32,000 nt of DNA from Candidatus Heimdallarchaeota archaeon. Lineage in GTDB: Archaea > Asgardarchaeota > Heimdallarchaeia > Heimdallarchaeales > Heimdallarchaeaceae. The notes under the pieces are model-generated. The model did not search any database, was not told the origin of the DNA, and saw only the letters and a list, made by a program, of their open reading frames with translations. Below are positions 27,968 to 32,000 of the stretch, one piece after another; position 1 is the first letter of the stretch, and every line of letters starts with the position of its first letter. The stretch spans positions 5,849 through 37,848 of the forward strand of contig DAOVER010000030.1 of assembly GCA_030668875.1 (NCBI GenBank), in the 5' to 3' direction. The translations under genes and the position numbers were made by a program.

Positions 27968-29155
27968 CTATTTTCGCCATAAAGTCCAATAATATTCCCT
28001 TGCAATACTATTCATAATCTCACTTTGTAATAATTCTCCTCTAATACCATTTGTGATGATAATTGCACCTTGCCCAGTTTTAGCGCAAATGATTGGTAAA
28101 CATGTTGCTCCTGGCCAATTTGTTCCAGGATGGGTGAAAAACTTATTTTTTCCATTATCTATTATGAATGTCCCTAACCCTTGACCTGTCATACCAAAGT
28201 ACTTGGTAGGGTCTAGATCTAAAGTTGGAGTTATCATTTGTTCTATAATCTTAAGTGTAAAAAAGCTGTTTTCTTCTCCTCTCAAAGCATTCATAATATC
28301 AATATAAAATTTGCTCAAATCTTGAGCTGTTGTTATCAATCCTCCTTGAGCATAAGCAGTAGGTTGTAATCCTGTCTCTTTTGCTTTCCCTTCTTGATCA
28401 TGAGGAACAGCTAATCGCTGTTTAATTTCTTCTGTTGGATATTTGAATGAACTATTTTCCATGTTTAAAGGTTGGAAAATATGCTCATCAACAACATCTG
28501 GAAAGGATTTCTTAGTGATATCTTCTAACAACATCTGAACAAGGACATATCCATAATTCGAATAAGCGTGACTAGTTCCTGGTATGAACTCTACAGAGAA
28601 TGGTTCAGAAAGAGAAGGTTTTTCTCCATTGAACATCTGTGTCAACGTTGGTGCTGAATTAGGTTCTGAACTGAAACCTCCGTTTGGACCATTTATGCCT
28701 GATTGATGGGATAAAATGTGCTTTAATGATACTTTTGCTTTATCAGTAAATTCGTTATCTGGAATCTTCCAGGAGGTTAGTTTATTGTTTACATCCTCGT
28801 CCAATTCTAGCAATTTTTTATCTACAAAAATTAATGCTGTTGCAGCTGTAAATGATTTAGAAGTAGAACCAACTTCAAGTAACGTGTCAAGTGTTATTGG
28901 TTCTCCTGTTCTCACATCCTTTACTCCAAAGCATTTTATCCATTCTAATTCATAGTTGTTGATTACTGCAATGCAGACTCCAGGAACATTATATTGCTTC
29001 ATTTTTTCGAGAATGGTAACTTTTTCTCCAGAAAAAGAAAATCGACCATCAAAATTAGAATTTAAGATATTTTCATTTACTCTTTGAATTCTATTCTTAG
29101 TTTCCTCACTTGTACTATCAATAATTAGCAAGGTATTATCTTCTAGAGTGTCCAT
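27968..29155 (-). CDS. Serine hydrolase, beta-lactamase/AmpC-like (class C PBP fold), cytoplasmic
   Basis: SxxK (GSTSK), YxN (YSNYGY) and HPGT triad. No signal peptide. Confidence 0.92.
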   Translation of the reverse strand: MDTLEDNTLLIIDSTSEETKNRIQRVNENILNSNFDGRFSFSGEKVTILEKMKQYNVPGVCIAVINNYELEWIKCFGVKDVRTGEPITLDTLLEVGSTSKSFTAATALIFVDKKLLELDEDVNNKLTSWKIPDNEFTDKAKVSLKHILSHQSGINGPNGGFSSEPNSAPTLTQMFNGEKPSLSEPFSVEFIPGTSHAYSNYGYVLVQMLLEDITKKSFPDVVDEHIFQPLNMENSSFKYPTEEIKQRLAVPHDQEGKAKETGLQPTAYAQGGLITTAQDLSKFYIDIMNALRGEENSFFTLKIIEQMITPTLDLDPTKYFGMTGQGLGTFIIDNGKNKFFTHPGTNWPGATCLPIICAKTGQGAIIITNGIRGELLQSEIMNSIAREYYWTLWRK

Positions 29156-29218
29156 ACGGACGAGAAAGTATTGATATTTAAAAAACTAATCAAATAAATG
29201 AAAGAAAAAAAAAGAATA

Positions 29219-31243
29219 TTAGAGAAGTATCTCTATCCAATATGCAGGATGGTCAGACTGTCCTTCTTCAATATAATGTGCTTGGATGACTGTAAAACTT
29301 GGAATTGAGAAGGGGCGTAAGAAGATATGGTCTATTCTATCTTCTGTTGGTGTTCCATATCTTGTTTTCCAAGAATCAGCTAATCCTGCATTAATGGTTA
29401 TATTGTATTCAGCAGAGTAAGCTAGGAAATTGAAATCTCCCATATAAATAACATCAGCTAAACTCGCTGTTCTACTTACCATCTCTTGAGCTTGATAGAT
29501 TGTAGTAATGTCTTCACCACCAGAAGGATGATTAACAAACACGTTGAAAACCCGAGTTCCAACAGTGATTTGAGCTTGAGCTGATCCTACCTGTTCTTCG
29601 TCACTATAAGCGAAGAAGGAAAGAGCATTCGAAATAGGAAATTTGGAGAGAATTGCGCAACCATAAGTGTTCGTAACAGTCTTTGGACCATAATAAGAAT
29701 ACATATTCAGGTTTGAAGCAAAGTATCGAACCACATCCATATTTCCCCCTGAAATTCTTGTTGAATCACACTCTTGTAATCCAATAATGTCTGGGTTAAT
29801 TTCTCTGATAAGCTCCAGTTGCCCATCATAATTCCAATCTCCTGAAACATTGATTCCTTGCTGAATGTTGTAAGTTAATATTTTGAGTGATGTCTTCCCT
29901 TCAGCTGTATGATTGGGTCTGGGTGTTGTAAGAACAGCTCCTGTAATTGTTCCGATAAGAATAATTCCGAATATAACACTTACACCTATCTTTGAATTGC
30001 GTTTTTTAACCAACTTATCAAGTTTCAAAGAAGGTGAGCTAATAAGTAGCATTGTTGCTGAAATCAGAAAAGCAGGTATGAAGAAAGCTAACCAATATTG
30101 ATCCCTAAACCAGAAGCTGATTGGAGGGAGATAGCCCCATACATTAGGCAATACTTGAACAAAGAGCATTACAATGATAAACAATCCTCCAATTGTAAAA
30201 CTTCCACCTATTTGTGATGGTTTTGGTTTCAATTTGACAATCTCTCTAACAAGGAATATGAAGTTTATGTAGATAATTGGTGATGTAAGTATAGCAAAAG
30301 CTAATGGGATGTGATGGAACCACTGAGTTGCTGGAGCTAATAAAGGAAAAGAATCTGGATCATTTGTGAAGAATATTTGATGAACTAGTACGGTCATAGT
30401 AAGAGATATTGCAAAAACTGCATTCAAAATTGCAATCACCCAAGATTTTAGATAGTTGATGAGATCGGGTTTCCACAACATAATCCCACTAAAAACTCCC
30501 AACATACTAACTATCCCAACAACAATTCCAATATAATTGCCTTCAGTCCACCTAGCGATTACTGTAGGACTCATGAAAACAAACCAAATAAGCACGAAAA
30601 TACTGAATATTCCCATTGTTAAACCTAGGATTTTTCCGAAACCTCCTTTCTGAGTAGGTTCTTTAGTTGTATCAGTATCTTTGTTTGTTAGATATTCAAC
30701 TCGATCTCGTAAGTATATTCCAACAAGGATTACTGAAGCCAATATCCCTAGCGCCCATCCAATTATTTGATTCCATCCATATTGTGAGATGTCAACTGTT
30801 GAATTTGCTGTTCTGTAAAATATTGACATGGCCACTCCAATAGCCAGACCTATTGCCATATCTACACTTATCTTTTGTTCCTGTTTTCTCATCTTTGTAA
30901 GGAATCCACCAAAGAAAACAAAGAAGCTTCCAACAGCTATACCTGCCATTATGTATACTGCTTGTTTAGAGACTAATGGTTCAATCAGTCTTGAAATGAT
31001 CATTAGTTCTCCTGAGACCAGTAAAACAATATTCGGGGCATGTTTCCAGAATATTAACAAAACTAGAGGCGATAACAGAAAAAGCAAACCGAGTATGTTC
31101 TCATCAGGCTCCAAGTTAAGAAGCGCGTAAGCATAGATCCTTTCAACGAGACTTGAAAGCATCTGTAAGAAGAAAAGGAATAGAATAGAAAACAGAGCAA
31201 TAAGAGAATAATCTGTATTAGTGATTTTCTTAAAACCTAACAT
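29219..31243 (-). CDS. Multi-pass membrane protein with C-terminal endonuclease/exonuclease/phosphatase domain; Cwh43/PGAP2IP-like
   Basis: A dozen or more hydrophobic segments, then TYNIQQG, GLQECD, GDFN, DRIDHIF and SDH EEP motifs. Segment RISGGNMD...LNMYSYYGP...GCAILSKFPI. Confidence 0.8.
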   Translation of the reverse strand: MLGFKKITNTDYSLIALFSILFLFFLQMLSSLVERIYAYALLNLEPDENILGLLFLLSPLVLLIFWKHAPNIVLLVSGELMIISRLIEPLVSKQAVYIMAGIAVGSFFVFFGGFLTKMRKQEQKISVDMAIGLAIGVAMSIFYRTANSTVDISQYGWNQIIGWALGILASVILVGIYLRDRVEYLTNKDTDTTKEPTQKGGFGKILGLTMGIFSIFVLIWFVFMSPTVIARWTEGNYIGIVVGIVSMLGVFSGIMLWKPDLINYLKSWVIAILNAVFAISLTMTVLVHQIFFTNDPDSFPLLAPATQWFHHIPLAFAILTSPIIYINFIFLVREIVKLKPKPSQIGGSFTIGGLFIIVMLFVQVLPNVWGYLPPISFWFRDQYWLAFFIPAFLISATMLLISSPSLKLDKLVKKRNSKIGVSVIFGIILIGTITGAVLTTPRPNHTAEGKTSLKILTYNIQQGINVSGDWNYDGQLELIREINPDIIGLQECDSTRISGGNMDVVRYFASNLNMYSYYGPKTVTNTYGCAILSKFPISNALSFFAYSDEEQVGSAQAQITVGTRVFNVFVNHPSGGEDITTIYQAQEMVSRTASLADVIYMGDFNFLAYSAEYNITINAGLADSWKTRYGTPTEDRIDHIFLRPFSIPSFTVIQAHYIEEGQSDHPAYWIEILL

Positions 31244-31323
31244 AAATAAAGAAAAATCTCACTTCTTTAAAAATAATTTCAAAAAACTCTTTAACCACAG
31301 AAACATAAAACCTATTTTAGTTT

Positions 31324-31734
31324 TTACAATGCTATTAACAGTACGCACACTGTTATGTTTAATATATAGCCCAAGAACCTTGTAATTTTAAATATTTTTA
31401 ATATTTTCATGTGTTGAGTCTCAATATAAAACGTTCGGTACTTCGACACTCTCTCTTCTCCACGTACTCTGATACACTTACCTAATCTAAGTGCGCTCAT
31501 ATAAGAATAAACTAACATAATAAAAATTAATCCACTAAACAGAATTTTTGATTCTATTGGAGGTAGAGTTCTTTGAAACATTCTGATAAACAATAAACCA
31601 AGCAGTGAAAAGATAAATGGCGCTAATGTAGTTACAGAAACAAAGAATAATGTCCATTTAGGTTTTTCAATTGGGTGTTCTTCTCTCTGTTTATACCACT
31701 GTTTGAATCGAAATAGTTTTGATTGTTCAGACAT
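31324..31734 (-). CDS. Small hypothetical membrane protein (about 3 TM)
   Basis: 136-aa ORF with three hydrophobic stretches. Confidence 0.65.
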   Translation of the reverse strand: MSEQSKLFRFKQWYKQREEHPIEKPKWTLFFVSVTTLAPFIFSLLGLLFIRMFQRTLPPIESKILFSGLIFIMLVYSYMSALRLGKCIRVRGEERVSKYRTFYIETQHMKILKIFKITRFLGYILNITVCVLLIAL

Positions 31735-31927
31735 ATAGTAACCTCGTAAAAGTTAGATATAAACATTGGCTTGGCTTCATTTTATAATATCTCTTTTATC
31801 AAATTTTCTCTCTCACTATTTTAAAAACTAATTCCATATTGTCTCAATAAACACTTAATAATTCATCTAGAAAGAAATAAGTATAAGCCAACAAATAGAA
31901 TTGAACTGCACTAAGGAGATAAGTAAA

Positions 31928-32000
31928 GTGAATGAGAAATATGCAAAATACTCCATGGGTACAGAGGCAGAGTTTCAACCTTTGGAAGTAATTGATGTTA
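31928..32000 (+). CDS. 5' end of a gene truncated by the window edge
   Basis: AAGGAG followed by GTG AAT GAG... reads MNEKYAKYSMGTEAEFQPLEVIDV and stays open to the window end. Confidence 0.4.
   Translation, partial: MNEKYAKYSMGTEAEFQPLEVIDV

Noticed and set aside
518-31130. Remaining short ORF-track entries antisense or nested in long genes (e.g. 518-901, 1262-1456, 3061-3243, 8057-8281, 10422-10643, 18204-18524, 22620-22940, 24730-24957, 28716-28955, 30828-31130)
   Set aside because: Shadow ORFs overlapping well-supported genes, with no motifs or translation signals.

Overview
AT-rich prokaryotic window (roughly 30% G+C by eye). It most resembles an Asgard archaeon, Heimdallarchaeia-like. 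This is an inference from the many secreted proteins ending in a TM helix plus basic tail, NosD-type surface proteins, a tandem Lrp/AsnC-like regulator, archaeal TATA-like promoters and GGAGG/GGTGA RBS use. It is an accessory region of about 22 genes: MFS transporter, surface-anchored clostripain, lipocalin/AttH-like protein, beta-helix surface protein, alpha/beta hydrolase, flavodiiron protein FprA, DUF6544-like protein, CGGC protein, a frameshifted ~880-aa surface protein, a two-gene regulator operon, zinc-ribbon protein, DegV, DUF1624-like membrane protein, cold-shock protein, class-III aminotransferase, two paralogous anchored proteins, a serine hydrolase and a Cwh43/PGAP2IP-like membrane EEP protein. 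I saw no rRNA, tRNA, CRISPR array or transposase. Four non-routine signals stand out. (1) A 135-bp junction at 8637-8771 fuses a copy of the fprA 3' end to a copy of the 3' end of the 5192-6310 gene, so two unrelated gene cassettes each lie between the same pair of gene ends (A-cassette1-B'|A'-cassette2-B). (2) The 16.2-16.95 kb intergenic region holds divergent RBS-preceded micro-ORFs (MFSPGGDPDEPEFWPP and MSKRTKLGFLPLFSL), an array of palindromes and a GC-rich structured island, next to the tandem-Lrp operon. (3) An A9 tract frameshifts the signal peptide of the largest surface protein. (4) There is a close-looking homolog of the eukaryotic GPI-remodelling protein Cwh43. All family calls come from motif recognition, not database searches.
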